A DNA stretch of 64,000 bases, taken from assembly GCA_963845145.1 (NCBI GenBank), contig CAWJQU010000005.1, forward strand, positions 1,312,001-1,376,000, in the 5' to 3' direction. This DNA comes from an uncultured delta proteobacterium. Its GTDB lineage: Bacteria; Desulfobacterota; Desulfobacteria; Desulfobacterales; QNYZ01. Below, in pieces: positions 44,236 to 54,614 of the stretch. A program made the position numbers and the translations under genes. How positions within the stretch are numbered: position 1 is the stretch's first letter; every line of letters starts with the position of its first letter. The notes under the pieces are model-generated. The model made no database searches, had not been told where the DNA came from, and was given only the letters and a program-made list of their open reading frames with translations.

Positions 44236-44522
44236 ACTTCCACCTCCTGGTTGAATTATTTGTTCTAATAGTGATTATACAATTAATTGTTGACCTAAAA
44301 ATGATTCACGAGCCAATGCCCGATTTCTTTTGCCCGATTTTCATAACGCCGGATTTCAGCACCAACGGTCGGATCATACGTCTCCCAATATCGAAACATT
44401 TTTCAAATTGCAAGCAAAATATGTTTAAACCAAGTGTTTTAAAGGCAGGTTTGTACTAACCCTTAGCCTCCAATAGCCATCCGCCAAATCGGCGAAAGCC
44501 GACCAAAGTCTGTCTATATAGA

Positions 44523-44780
44523 CCCTATTGTTGCAAAAGTCGGAGGGCTCCAGAGCCAAGGCGTCGAGGGTGAAGTCGTAGTAAATCTACTGCGAACCCT
44601 TGACAACGCAGGGTCTGGAGTCCTCCGGCTTTCCCGTAGGGTCAAAAAGATGGCATTAAACAGATACGATCCTCTATTTCACCTCTGGTTTATTGCTCGA
44701 AAGGCTCCCTAACACTCAGTTTATTCAAGGCTCATAAAGGTCTATAAATCTTTAGCCATCTTTTTTATGCAACATTAGGG
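44523..44780. mobile_element. MITE-like non-autonomous element (258 bp)
   Basis: TIRs CCCTATTGTTGCAAAA / TTATGCAACATTAGGG; TAGA direct repeat on both flanks; long internal hairpins; no ORF. Confidence 0.75.
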
Positions 44781-44810
44781 TAGACACTGATCGGATGAAA
44801 TCAAGGCAAA

Positions 44811-45398
44811 TTATTTCTGGGATAAAGTGTACCTGGATAGATAACTGTCTTTCCAGTAGGTATTATGTTCATTATTAAAAAAGGTCTTGAATAATGACAA
44901 ACTTTCAAGGCGGCGAATATGCGGAATTATGGTGATGCGGTTTTTCCGATACAGTGGCGCCAGGTGCTGCAGGTTCAATTGGGTGCCCCCGCCCATGGCA
45001 TCTTCGTAGGCGTAAATAACGGTTCCAATTCCGGATAGCAAAATGGCGGCGAAACACATCAGGCAGGGTTCCATGGTACAATAGATATAGACTTTCCCCG
45101 GATTAATCGGATCTGGTTTAATCGGACCCGTTTTAACCGAATCCGTTTCAATCAAACCTGTTTTAATCGAATCCATTTCAATCAAACCTGTGATTCGGTA
45201 AAAGTGCCGCAATGCGACCATTTCGGCATGGTCGATTTCGTTTTGCGGTCTAAGGGTTGGCCCGCTCGTCCCGGTGCGCGTTCCGGTTGCAATGATTTGC
45301 CCCTGGTAAACCAAAACGCATCCGACTGGGAATTCGCCATTTTCCAGAGCAGATTGTGCCAGTGCCAGGGCTTTGCCCATGTATTTGGAATGGTCCAT
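44811..45398 (-). CDS. nucleoside deaminase (TadA-like)
   Basis: GEFPVG, HAE, TMEPCLMC. Confidence 0.9.
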   Translation of the reverse strand: MDHSKYMGKALALAQSALENGEFPVGCVLVYQGQIIATGTRTGTSGPTLRPQNEIDHAEMVALRHFYRITGLIEMDSIKTGLIETDSVKTGPIKPDPINPGKVYIYCTMEPCLMCFAAILLSGIGTVIYAYEDAMGGGTQLNLQHLAPLYRKNRITIIPHIRRLESLSLFKTFFNNEHNTYWKDSYLSRYTLSQK

Positions 45399-45483
45399 AA
45401 AAATTAGTCAGCCCGTTTGTCGGTTAGCCCGTTTGCCGGATAGCCAACGATCTTGGGGTTTTTATTTGATGGAAACATCTTGG

Positions 45484-46074
45484 TTACTCCCCATTTTGCG
45501 GGTCGGTGTTTTCCAGGCGGCACACGGTTGTGTCACAGGGGCAAGCACCGTCGATTTCGTAGCAATATACAATTCGAGCGGCCATTTCCTGTTTTTTGGG
45601 TGGCACCGGTGCAAATGAAAAGGTGTTGATGGTGCGGACCAATTCCGGTCGGCCTGGAATTTGATTGAGCCCTTTTGCCATGACCTTTTCCGAGGCCGTA
45701 TCGAGAACCTCGGCATCCTCGCCATTGGTGACAACCACAATCGGCACCCGGTAATCTGCAATCAGATGGGCAATAGCTACTGTCGGTGTATGTCGGGTCG
45801 TCAGGGATCCGGGACCATATTTAATAAGCATGCCGACCTTATGGTCAATTGTGATGATAAAATCAACAGGGACGGAGGCTTTTTGATGCCCGGCCGAAAT
45901 AACCAGCTGTCGGCGAGGGGTAATCTCAGATTTTGTGTATTCCAGGGAATCGATCAACAAGCGGGCAATCTTTTGGCGGTAACGCTCATCATGGGTATCC
46001 TCGATAATATTGCCGGTAAGATAGTCGATGGTTTTACCGAGTATGAGATGATGTCCGTCCATGGTTGCCTTCAC
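45484..46074 (-). CDS. type I restriction HsdR N-terminal-like domain protein
   Basis: E.YRQ..., VVVTNG motif, C-terminal CPC. Confidence 0.65.
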   Translation of the reverse strand: MKATMDGHHLILGKTIDYLTGNIIEDTHDERYRQKIARLLIDSLEYTKSEITPRRQLVISAGHQKASVPVDFIITIDHKVGMLIKYGPGSLTTRHTPTVAIAHLIADYRVPIVVVTNGEDAEVLDTASEKVMAKGLNQIPGRPELVRTINTFSFAPVPPKKQEMAARIVYCYEIDGACPCDTTVCRLENTDPQNGE

Positions 46075-46100
46075 CGCCGATCATGGGTATGGTACGGTCT

Positions 46101-46190
46101 TGATCATAATGAGATCCTGATCATAATGAGATCTGGATCATAGTGAGATCCCGATCATAGTTAAGATCCGGGTCATAATGGGATCCGGAC
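46101..46190. repeat. 5 x about 17-bp GATC-rich tandem repeat
   Basis: tgatcataatgagatcc / tgatcataatgagatct / ggatcatagtgagatcc / cgatcatagttaagatcc / gggtcataatgggatcc. Confidence 0.85.
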
Positions 46191-46286
46191 GCATAGCCTT
46201 TAAATAACCACTAAATCATTGCTAATTTAAGACCGACAACCCTTTATGTAAAGACTTATAAAAACGAGGTTTAGTCAGCGCCTATC

Positions 46287-47342
46287 ATGTCGATTCGAGA
46301 AAATTTTCAAAAAAGAGAAAAAGGATTCATGTCGCCTTTTGGTTGTCTCTCTTCCCAATCGAAAGGGCGGGTTCGGTCTGAGCCTGAATGCCCGGTACGA
46401 ACGGTTTTTCAACGGGATCGTGATCGAATTCTTTATTCCAATGCATTCAGACGGCTCAAGCACAAAACCCAGGTTTTTTTATCACCCCTGGGGGATCAAT
46501 ATCGTACCCGGTTGACGCATACCCTGGAAGTCGCTCAGATTGCGCGCACCATTGCCCGTGCCATGCGTCTGAACGAAGACCTGGCCGAAGCGATTGCGCT
46601 GGGGCACGACCTGGGGCACACGCCGTTTGGACACGGTGGTGAGACGGCTTTAAAGGAGATCCATAAGCCCGGCTTTACCCATACGGAACAGAGCCTGCGG
46701 GTGGTCAACGTGTTGGAAAAAAATGGACAGGGTTTGAATTTAACCAAAGAGGTTCAAGACGGTATCCGCAAACATTCCAAAGGGTACGGCAAGATAATCC
46801 CTGAAAATGCAGATGAGCTGGCCGAGACTTATGAGGGCCGGATTGTGCGGATTGCCGATATTATGGCCTATTTGAATCATGACCTGGATGATGCCATTCG
46901 AAGCAGGGTCATTTCCGAGGAACAAATTCCCGAAAAATGTATTCATCAACTGGGCCGCCGTCATGCCGAACGTGCCACAACCATGGTTCATGATCTCATT
47001 TTTACCAGTTCAGAGAAAAACGGTGAACTCATTTTGAGCATGTCCGATGAGGTCTACAATGCCATGACGGATCTGCGACAGTTTTTATATGACCATGTCT
47101 ATCGATCGCCACAGGTTCACCGGGAGTTTGTTAAGGCCAAGAAAATTTTAAGCGAACTTTACACCTATTATTTAAATAATGGCGATAGCCTGGCGCGGGA
47201 AATGGGAAAAATGGACATGGATGTCCTTCATTCCCAAACGCACGACCGCGAACAGACGGTTTGCGACTTTATTGCCAGCCTTACCGATCGACACGCATTA
47301 GAGCTGTATGCACACCTTTTCTTTCCCACACCAATGGTCTGA
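46287..47342 (+). CDS. dgt: deoxyguanosinetriphosphate triphosphohydrolase
   Basis: FQRDRDRI, RRLKHKTQVF, RTRLTH, HDLGHTPFGH. Confidence 0.95.
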   Translation: MSIRENFQKREKGFMSPFGCLSSQSKGRVRSEPECPVRTVFQRDRDRILYSNAFRRLKHKTQVFLSPLGDQYRTRLTHTLEVAQIARTIARAMRLNEDLAEAIALGHDLGHTPFGHGGETALKEIHKPGFTHTEQSLRVVNVLEKNGQGLNLTKEVQDGIRKHSKGYGKIIPENADELAETYEGRIVRIADIMAYLNHDLDDAIRSRVISEEQIPEKCIHQLGRRHAERATTMVHDLIFTSSEKNGELILSMSDEVYNAMTDLRQFLYDHVYRSPQVHREFVKAKKILSELYTYYLNNGDSLAREMGKMDMDVLHSQTHDREQTVCDFIASLTDRHALELYAHLFFPTPMV

Positions 47343-47344
47343 TC

Positions 47345-47971
47345 ATGGTTTTATTGCCATTTAGCCCCGACCAAAGGGCCTATAAGCCGTATTTGATAGC
47401 GTTGGAAAATCTCTTTGCCGATATGGATAGCGCCTATGAAGCGGCGGCAACCCAATATGGTTTTCGTTGCAGGGGCTGTGATGATAATTGCTGTCGATCC
47501 AGCTTTCACCACCATACCCTTTTAGAATATCTCTATCTCTCCAAGGGCTTGGCACTGCTTCCGAGTGGGTTAAAAGGCCGGATTTTGGCACAAGCGCGCC
47601 TTATTACGGAATCAGAGCAACAACCAAAGACGATGTGTCCGGCAAATGAGGATGGGGGCTGTCTGGTATACGCGTTTCGGCCTATGATTTGCCGCTTGCA
47701 CGGTATTCCTCATATATTTACAGGGGCCAATCGTTTGATTCAAAAAGGTTCCGGTTGCCACGTTTTTGAACGTGACCATGGAAACCTGACGAATGACGGC
47801 CTCGATCGAACCGCCATTTACCGGCGCATGGCATTTTTGGAAAAAGAGCTGCGCCAGCAGGTCTCGTTTGAGGGGCGCATTCACCTGACGGTGGCGCAAA
47901 TCGTTATACACAGCCTAAGTGAGGCGGGGCTCTCCGATATCGGGGGCTCACCCGCCCCGGCCTCGGGATAG
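47345..47971 (+). CDS. YkgJ-family cysteine cluster protein
   Basis: CRGCDDNCC; CP...C.VY..RPMICR. Confidence 0.8.
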   Translation: MVLLPFSPDQRAYKPYLIALENLFADMDSAYEAAATQYGFRCRGCDDNCCRSSFHHHTLLEYLYLSKGLALLPSGLKGRILAQARLITESEQQPKTMCPANEDGGCLVYAFRPMICRLHGIPHIFTGANRLIQKGSGCHVFERDHGNLTNDGLDRTAIYRRMAFLEKELRQQVSFEGRIHLTVAQIVIHSLSEAGLSDIGGSPAPASG

Positions 47972-47981
47972 AATAAATCAG

Positions 47982-48767
47982 ATGAAAATAATTGCTCCCG
48001 AAGATATGGATACGCTTGACGGACGTCGGTTGGACCCTGATGACCGTTTTTGCTTTCAATGCCATTCCAAATTACCCTGTTTCAACCGGTGCTGCCGCAA
48101 TCTCAAGCTGATTCTATACCCTTACGATGTTCTTCGATTAAAAAACCATCTGGAGATTTCATCGGAACGGTTTATCGACGATTATGTGGATGTTGTTTTA
48201 CGTAAAGGTGAATATTTTCCTGAAGTTTTGCTCCGCATGGCGGGCGACGAGGAACAAAGCTGCCCCTTTCTCTCCGGCGAGGGGTGTACGGTGTATTCTG
48301 ATAGACCGGATACGTGTCGTACATTTCCTGTTGAGCAAGGGGCTTTTTTTGACGGCAACGCCGGCCAGGCAACCCCGGTTTTTTATTTACGCCCCCCCCA
48401 TTTTTGTCTGGGACCGAACGAGCCCACATCATGGACCGCCGCTGCCTGGGCAAAGGACCAGGAAACGGAGCCGTATCAGCGCATGACCCGTCGCTGGTCT
48501 GAGATTCGACGGCGGTTGGCGTCCGATCCGTGGGGCCAAAAAGGCCCCCAAAGTACGCCTGCTAAAATGACCTTTATGGCTGTCTATAATACTGAACGTT
48601 TTCGGGAATTTATCTTTAAGAGTAGTTTTTTAAAACGATACAAGGTGAAGTCGGTGTTGCTAAAGAAACTACGGCACAATGATGACGCCTTGCTATCTTT
48701 TGGTTTCGATTGGGTCAATCTTAATTTATGGCGGATTCCCACAAAAAAGATTCGCCTTAAGAAATAA
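47982..48767 (+). CDS. YkgJ-family cysteine cluster protein
   Basis: C...CFNRCC; CPFL...CTVY.DRP..CR.FP. Confidence 0.88.
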   Translation: MKIIAPEDMDTLDGRRLDPDDRFCFQCHSKLPCFNRCCRNLKLILYPYDVLRLKNHLEISSERFIDDYVDVVLRKGEYFPEVLLRMAGDEEQSCPFLSGEGCTVYSDRPDTCRTFPVEQGAFFDGNAGQATPVFYLRPPHFCLGPNEPTSWTAAAWAKDQETEPYQRMTRRWSEIRRRLASDPWGQKGPQSTPAKMTFMAVYNTERFREFIFKSSFLKRYKVKSVLLKKLRHNDDALLSFGFDWVNLNLWRIPTKKIRLKK

Positions 48768-48806
48768 AAAAACAGGGCGGACTATCAGATCGCCGCTGAC
48801 ACCATC

Positions 48807-51770
48807 TCAAGCAGACTTTTTTTCCCCTTCATCCAATGTGGTTCGAATCGTGTCCAGCATCAATTGGATTTCATAGGGTTTGTCGATAAACGCATTGATG
48901 CCTTCGTCTTTAATCTCTTTTGCCGATACGGCATAGCCACTCGACATAATAACGCGTATTTCCGGGTTAATCTCTTTAAGCTTTTTAAAGCATTTGCGGC
49001 CATCCATTTCCGGCATAATTAAATCCAGAATCACGAGATCAATGTCATCTTGTTTCGCCTGGTAAAGGGCCAGGGCTTCGATGCCGTTGGCGGCGGTTAT
49101 CACCGAATATCCGTATTGTGCAAGAAGGGTGACACCTAACGTGCGTATCCGTTCTTCGTCATCCACCAGTAAAATGGTTTCGGAACCCATCGACTTTTCT
49201 TCGTTCTTTTCGTCATTTTGATCTGTTGTTGATGCTTGTGAGGGGATGATACCGGGAGGATAATCTATGGAGGAGGCCATACTTGTGGCCTGCTTGGCCG
49301 CAGGAAAATATATTCTAAATGTCGTGCCAACGCCAATTTCGCTATAGCAGGTGATATAACCACCCGCATCCTGAACGATACCGTAAACAATTGACATCCC
49401 CAACCCGGTCCCCTTGCCGGTGGATTTTGTTGTGAAAAAAGGTTCGAAGATGTGTTTGATGGTATCCTCATCCATACCAAAACCGGTGTCTGTAACGCTC
49501 AGGCGAACATAATCACCCGGCTTAGCCTCAAGATATTTTTTGCTGGAAAGTTCATCTAAGAATACGTTTTTGGTTTCGATGACAAGCTTGCCCCCTTCAG
49601 GCATGGCATCCCGGGCGTTAACGCCTAAATTTAAAATCACCTGTTGAATTCGGCCCGGGTCTGCATTAATCATTTTAAGGTCATCGGCCAGGTAAAGGGT
49701 CGTTTTAATGGAGTTGGGAATGGTCCGCGTCAGCAGCCGGTAGCCCTGCTCAACTTCACCCGTTAAATCCATGGGCAACGTCGTACTTTCTGTTTTTCGG
49801 CTGAAGGTGAGGAGCTGATCGGTAAGATCCGATGCTCTTTGGGATGCGTTCTTGATTTCGCGGAGTTGTTTCAAATCAGGGTCGTTTTCACTTTTCAAAC
49901 TTAAAAGCAGTTCCGTGTAGCCATGAATCACTTGCAGAAGATTATTGAAGTCATGGGCAACCCCTCCGGCAAGCGTGCCGATGGCCTCCATTTTTTGGGC
50001 GTGCAGGAGTTGGGCCTCAAGCTGTTTTTTTTCGCTCTCTGCCCTTAATTGATCAGTAATATCAAGGAGCTGAACCACCGCTTTTTGGTTTCCGTGTGGG
50101 TCTGTGATGGTGGTAAAACGAATGCTGCCGTGTCTATCTTCGCCATCTTTTCGGGTAAACCCAAAACTTTCCTGATTCTTATGGTTGATTTTAGGTTCCG
50201 GGTTGGATCTAAACAGCGAAATGGTTTCAGGAAGAAATTCACTGAACGGGTTGCCCTCGATTTCATCTCGAGAATACCCCAATATTCGACACAATTGGGT
50301 ATTGACATAAACAATGAGGCGTTGTTCGTCGATAATCATAATTCCGTCATGGGAGCTTTCGACCACGGATCGATAGCGCTGTTCACTTTCACGTAAGGCC
50401 TGTTCGGCCTCTTTGCGACTGCGAATATCGCGGGCAACATTGAGGATAACGTTTTGCCCCCTGTACGTGATGGCCCTGGCTTTTATTTCAACCGAAATCG
50501 GGGTGCCATCCCTGCCGATATGATCCGTTTCGATCGTTGCCTGGCGCTGGGTTTGGGCTGGGTCGGCATTCAAAAGGTTGCGAAGGGTGCTGACATCTTT
50601 TTTCGGCAAGATGGCGTCATGCGGAATGTTCAGGGGGGTCTCAACCGAATAGCCGAGTTGAACGCGGGTGGCTTCATTCGATTGAATGATGTTTCCCCTG
50701 TCATCGACGAGATAAACGGCATCGTCCACATTTTCCATTAACTCGGTATACCGTGTTTTTTCCTCCATATCTTTTAATTTGACCAACATATCATTGAATA
50801 CCTGGGCCAGGCGTTGAAATTCAATGTAATCGCCATTGGTGTTGTTAAATGTGATTCCCTTGGCACCCCTGGAAATATGGTAGGCTCTATTTGCCATCTC
50901 GCTTAAGGGGCCGGCCAGGCGTTTGCCCAGAATAATGGAAAAAAAGACAGAAACGGTTAACACCGCTAGGGCGAACAGGCCAATAAATAAGGCAATGTTT
51001 CTCTTCTCGACGATCAGGCCTTTTCGAGAAGAAGAAAAATAAATATTCGGAAAACCTTCCAATGAAATAAGCACTAAATCAGAATCAAACTGAATGAACT
51101 CCGAGTGCTTGGAATAGGCCTTTGATAAAGGTGCGCTTAAGGGAACAACCGTTTCACTAAAAAGCCCGATTAGTTTATCGGGCTGTGACACAAAAATATC
51201 GTTGGTAACGGCTTGTTCGAAGGTATGTGCCAACCCGATATCTTGCATCATATCGTATAGTGCGAACGCCGCGCCCATGCGTCCCTCATTGTGCATGATC
51301 GGTGCTTCAAGCCACCAAAGGAGTCTTTTTTTACCTTCTTCTTCAACAAATTTACTTGTAAATGGCTCTATTGGCGCTCGTTTGAGAATTTGAGGCAATA
51401 TGGTGTGGCGTTTTTCGGGATACAGATAGTCGAACCCCCTTTTTTTAATGTAATACGATACCCCTGATATTTCCGAGTGAAGCGAATCCGCCATTTCCTC
51501 TAATTGGGCGGTATCATCCATCATTATTGTCACCCGAAGAGAGTTGTCGGTGGCCAGCGTGGCGACCTGTTGCCTGATATCCTCGATTCGGGTGCCCAAA
51601 ATAGTTTCGGCCTGGCCCTTTTGGGCCAATATTTTTTTCCTGAATTCAGCATCCAGCCGCTGTCCGAGATAGATGAACAATACAACGGAAATCAATATCA
51701 CCGAACCGGTCACAAGAATGACCACCGAGGTCATCAAGTGAGTTGAAAATAAAACCCGTTTTTTACGCAT
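48807..51770 (-). CDS. hybrid sensor histidine kinase (TM-HAMP-2xPAS-HisKA-HATPase-REC)
   Basis: [28 protein letters not shown]-terminal receiver. Confidence 0.93.
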   Translation of the reverse strand: MRKKRVLFSTHLMTSVVILVTGSVILISVVLFIYLGQRLDAEFRKKILAQKGQAETILGTRIEDIRQQVATLATDNSLRVTIMMDDTAQLEEMADSLHSEISGVSYYIKKRGFDYLYPEKRHTILPQILKRAPIEPFTSKFVEEEGKKRLLWWLEAPIMHNEGRMGAAFALYDMMQDIGLAHTFEQAVTNDIFVSQPDKLIGLFSETVVPLSAPLSKAYSKHSEFIQFDSDLVLISLEGFPNIYFSSSRKGLIVEKRNIALFIGLFALAVLTVSVFFSIILGKRLAGPLSEMANRAYHISRGAKGITFNNTNGDYIEFQRLAQVFNDMLVKLKDMEEKTRYTELMENVDDAVYLVDDRGNIIQSNEATRVQLGYSVETPLNIPHDAILPKKDVSTLRNLLNADPAQTQRQATIETDHIGRDGTPISVEIKARAITYRGQNVILNVARDIRSRKEAEQALRESEQRYRSVVESSHDGIMIIDEQRLIVYVNTQLCRILGYSRDEIEGNPFSEFLPETISLFRSNPEPKINHKNQESFGFTRKDGEDRHGSIRFTTITDPHGNQKAVVQLLDITDQLRAESEKKQLEAQLLHAQKMEAIGTLAGGVAHDFNNLLQVIHGYTELLLSLKSENDPDLKQLREIKNASQRASDLTDQLLTFSRKTESTTLPMDLTGEVEQGYRLLTRTIPNSIKTTLYLADDLKMINADPGRIQQVILNLGVNARDAMPEGGKLVIETKNVFLDELSSKKYLEAKPGDYVRLSVTDTGFGMDEDTIKHIFEPFFTTKSTGKGTGLGMSIVYGIVQDAGGYITCYSEIGVGTTFRIYFPAAKQATSMASSIDYPPGIIPSQASTTDQNDEKNEEKSMGSETILLVDDEERIRTLGVTLLAQYGYSVITAANGIEALALYQAKQDDIDLVILDLIMPEMDGRKCFKKLKEINPEIRVIMSSGYAVSAKEIKDEGINAFIDKPYEIQLMLDTIRTTLDEGEKKSA

Positions 51771-51856
51771 CGAAGTACCCTGCTGTCTATAAAAATGTTA
51801 TATATCTATACGTTAGTTGTTTTGGGGTATGGGTGCATTTTGAGGCGGCTGTCTGT

Positions 51857-52705
51857 TTAGTTCGTATAATAGAGGACCAGTTCAATCCTTCGGTTTTGAA
51901 GACGCCCCGATTCCGTTTCATTGGTGGCAACGGGCCGGTTGGCGCCGTATGCAACCGCCGAAAGTTTTGAAGGATCTAATCCAATTGATTCAAGAAATCG
52001 AATCACCACAATTGCTCGTGCCGCGGACAGTTCCCAATTGCTGGAGTGGTCATTTTTATGGGGGTGATTATCGGTATGACCTTCAACCCGAATATGCTGA
52101 TCTTGATTCTCTTTTACCGAGGCTGCGATTTTGCGTAGAACCTTTTCTCCACGGGCGTTGATCATCATACTGCCCGGATCAAAAAGAATGGTGTCCTGAA
52201 TGACCATTCTTAAGCGATTTTTAGTGGTCTCAATTTCAAATAGTTTTTTGGCGATCTGCTCCTTCAGACTTGTTTCAATGGTTTTTTTTGTATCGTCCAG
52301 GACGCGAATAACATCTTCCTGTATCTCGATAATTGAATCTCTTTTTTTGATTTCAATCTTTAAGTTATTTATTTTATTGGATAAATTGGCATTTATTTTT
52401 TCCAGCTCTTTATGGCGGGCTTTGAGGTTTTGAGCCTCCTTTTGGCTTGGGGGCAAATCCTGTCCTTCGGTACATGTCCGATTATCCAATTTTAATTTGC
52501 GGATTTGTTGAAGGTGTTGTTTTTGGTCACGCGTTAATTGGGCTATATTGCGGGCGGAATTTTCAAGTTCTTTTTCACATTGGACCAGTTTAGCCACGGT
52601 TGCTTCAAGGTCGGCATTTTGAGAAAAGTGGCCTTTTTTGAATATACAGGCGGATGGCAAAAGGAACATAAAACACATGCTTATTAAGAGGTGTTTGCGG
52701 AACAT
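51857..52705 (-). CDS. OmpA/MotB-domain lipoprotein with coiled coil
   Basis: VEGHTD, NWELSAARA, NRRIE. Confidence 0.88.
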   Translation of the reverse strand: MFRKHLLISMCFMFLLPSACIFKKGHFSQNADLEATVAKLVQCEKELENSARNIAQLTRDQKQHLQQIRKLKLDNRTCTEGQDLPPSQKEAQNLKARHKELEKINANLSNKINNLKIEIKKRDSIIEIQEDVIRVLDDTKKTIETSLKEQIAKKLFEIETTKNRLRMVIQDTILFDPGSMMINARGEKVLRKIAASVKENQDQHIRVEGHTDNHPHKNDHSSNWELSAARAIVVIRFLESIGLDPSKLSAVAYGANRPVATNETESGRLQNRRIELVLYYTN

Positions 52706-52727
52706 ACCAGGCGCTCCTTCAGGCCAT

Positions 52728-53759
52728 TTAAGAATTGTTGTAAGGCGGTGAGATATTTAGATCTTTTATCTTGTATAGCAGGGTTTTATAGCTGATGCCC
52801 AGAATTTTTGCCGCCTTGCTTTTATTGCCACCGGTTTGTTCAATAACCGAGAAAATCACCTCTTTTTCCACGATATTGAGAGCCTTTTTACGGACCTTTT
52901 TTAAAGGTAGCGTGCGGTTATTCTTTAAATAGCGTGTTTCAAAGTCTAAAATTTTATTAATAAACGATGAATTAAAAATGCGTTCGGTATCGAGTTCCAC
53001 ATTTTCCCGAGGTAAATTGGGATTATTGAGCTGCGCGATCACTTTCTCGCTTTCTCCCAGAACCAGAATCCGCTTCAGTACATTCTGCAACTCCCGAACA
53101 TTGCCGGGCCAGGAGTGGGCGCAAAGCGCTTTGATCGTCTCTTCATCCAGCGTTTCTTCACTTACGTATCTTGAGGCATAACGCTTGGTATAATAGCCAA
53201 TGAGCTCGGGAACGTCCTCGGGACGCTCCCGAAGCGGGGGAATGTAAATACTGATTGTATTCAGGCGATAGTATAAATCCTCTCGAAACCGTTGTTCTGC
53301 GATTTGGCGCTCAAGTTCCTGGTTGGTGGTCGCAATGACCCAGGTGTCGATGGTTACTTCCCTTTCGGATCCCAATGGGATAATTTCGCCGCTTTGCAAG
53401 GCCCTCAACAGCTTGGCCTGTAACGAAAAGGGCATGTCCCCGATCTCGTCCAACAGCAAGGTCCCGTTGTGGGCTAATTCGAATTTTCCCCGCTTCCGTT
53501 TCACCGCCCCGGTAAAGGCGCCCCGGTCGTGACCGAACAGTTCACTCTCCAAAAGTGTTTCCGGCAGGGCCGCACAATTGATTTTAACAAACGGTTTACC
53601 GGCTCGTGGGGATTGTTGATAGAGTTGATGGGCCACCACCTCCTTGCCCACCCCGCTCTCTCCGGTGATGACCACATTCAGCCCGGTGTGCGCTACCCGC
53701 GAAATAAGCTCCTTGATCTTTAATATCTCTTTGCTGACTCCGATTAGTGGGACCGGCAT
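52728..53759 (-). CDS. sigma54-dependent activator lacking an N-terminal regulatory domain
   Basis: GESGVGKE, ESELFGH.RGAFTGA, Fis HTH. Confidence 0.93.
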   Translation of the reverse strand: MPVPLIGVSKEILKIKELISRVAHTGLNVVITGESGVGKEVVAHQLYQQSPRAGKPFVKINCAALPETLLESELFGHDRGAFTGAVKRKRGKFELAHNGTLLLDEIGDMPFSLQAKLLRALQSGEIIPLGSEREVTIDTWVIATTNQELERQIAEQRFREDLYYRLNTISIYIPPLRERPEDVPELIGYYTKRYASRYVSEETLDEETIKALCAHSWPGNVRELQNVLKRILVLGESEKVIAQLNNPNLPRENVELDTERIFNSSFINKILDFETRYLKNNRTLPLKKVRKKALNIVEKEVIFSVIEQTGGNKSKAAKILGISYKTLLYKIKDLNISPPYNNS

Positions 53760-53801
53760 CCGTAACTCCTTAACAAAAGATGGGGCGTTTGGCGCATGGG
53801 T

Positions 53802-54173
53802 CTAAACTGGTAGCAAGCTGATTATCATTTTATCAAGGTCTGTCAGCTCAAACGGTTTTTGCAATATGGCATCGGCCTTGGCTTCCAGGGACAATTTTTC
53901 GGGCTCTTGGCCCTTACCGGTGATCGCAATAATCGGGATTTGGGGGTGCTCCTTTTTTAGGATAGAAATCAATCCAATACCGCTTATTTCAGGCATAACC
54001 AGATCGGTAATGATCAGGTCGAAATCGTTTTCCGTGGATTCAATCCGTTTTAAGCCATCTAGACTGTTGGTCACACAAACCACATGATAATTATTGTTCG
54101 ACAGAAAATTTTCCAACAGATTCAGAATGCTTTGGTCATCATCGATAATCAGAAGTCGGTGTGACGATTTCAT
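53802..54173 (-). CDS. single-domain response regulator
   Basis: IIDDD, DLVMP, T, KP. Confidence 0.92.
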   Translation of the reverse strand: MKSSHRLLIIDDDQSILNLLENFLSNNNYHVVCVTNSLDGLKRIESTENDFDLIITDLVMPEISGIGLISILKKEHPQIPIIAITGKGQEPEKLSLEAKADAILQKPFELTDLDKMIISLLPV

Positions 54174-54455
54174 CGGTCTTTCCTCCGATTGCTATATTAA
54201 AAAATATTAACAAAATTTTATACCATATTTAGACCATTGGCGACAATGAAATTATTGTTACAGTTTTGCTGTAATAAAATCTATATAATGGGAAATTAAC
54301 TTCCTTTTTTTCGTAAGGATCGATTGGCTATCGGCCGCAGTGGGGTGTTTTTTCTGTGACCGTCATAAAAAATTTTTGAATATTATCAATAAACGTTGTT
54401 GGTTATCTAATATTTTGCGCTCTCTATATACCCTTTGCCTCAAATGCCAACAATA

Positions 54456-54471
54456 TGGAATAGGTCTTGCA
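54456..54471 (+). promoter_or_regulatory. putative sigma54 -24/-12 promoter
   Basis: TGGAATAGGTCTTGCA (GG-N10-GC with TTGC). Confidence 0.5.
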
Positions 54472-54614
54472 TCATCCATCAGTCATTTACTATAGTTGGG
54501 TAGAATTCTCTAATATATGGGAAATGTTTTTCTCACATAGGGTTGAATAGAGGGTTCGCAAACCTCGGGAACAGGGCCAATACCATGCAGCTGCCCGGTA
54601 AGAGTCTGTAAAAT

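Noticed and set aside
45484..46074. Type I restriction-modification system
   Set aside because: No helicase domain, hsdM or hsdS nearby.
46101..46190. CRISPR array
   Set aside because: Units are contiguous with no unique spacers and there are no cas genes; the same applies to the 9-nt arrays.
51857..52705. Flagellar motor motB
   Set aside because: No motA partner or MotB plug/TM motif; has a lipoprotein-like N-terminus instead.
54553..54600. c-di-GMP-I riboswitch (GCAAACC...)
   Set aside because: Lacks the GNRA-capped P2, the GACGCAAAGC segment and a P3 stem.
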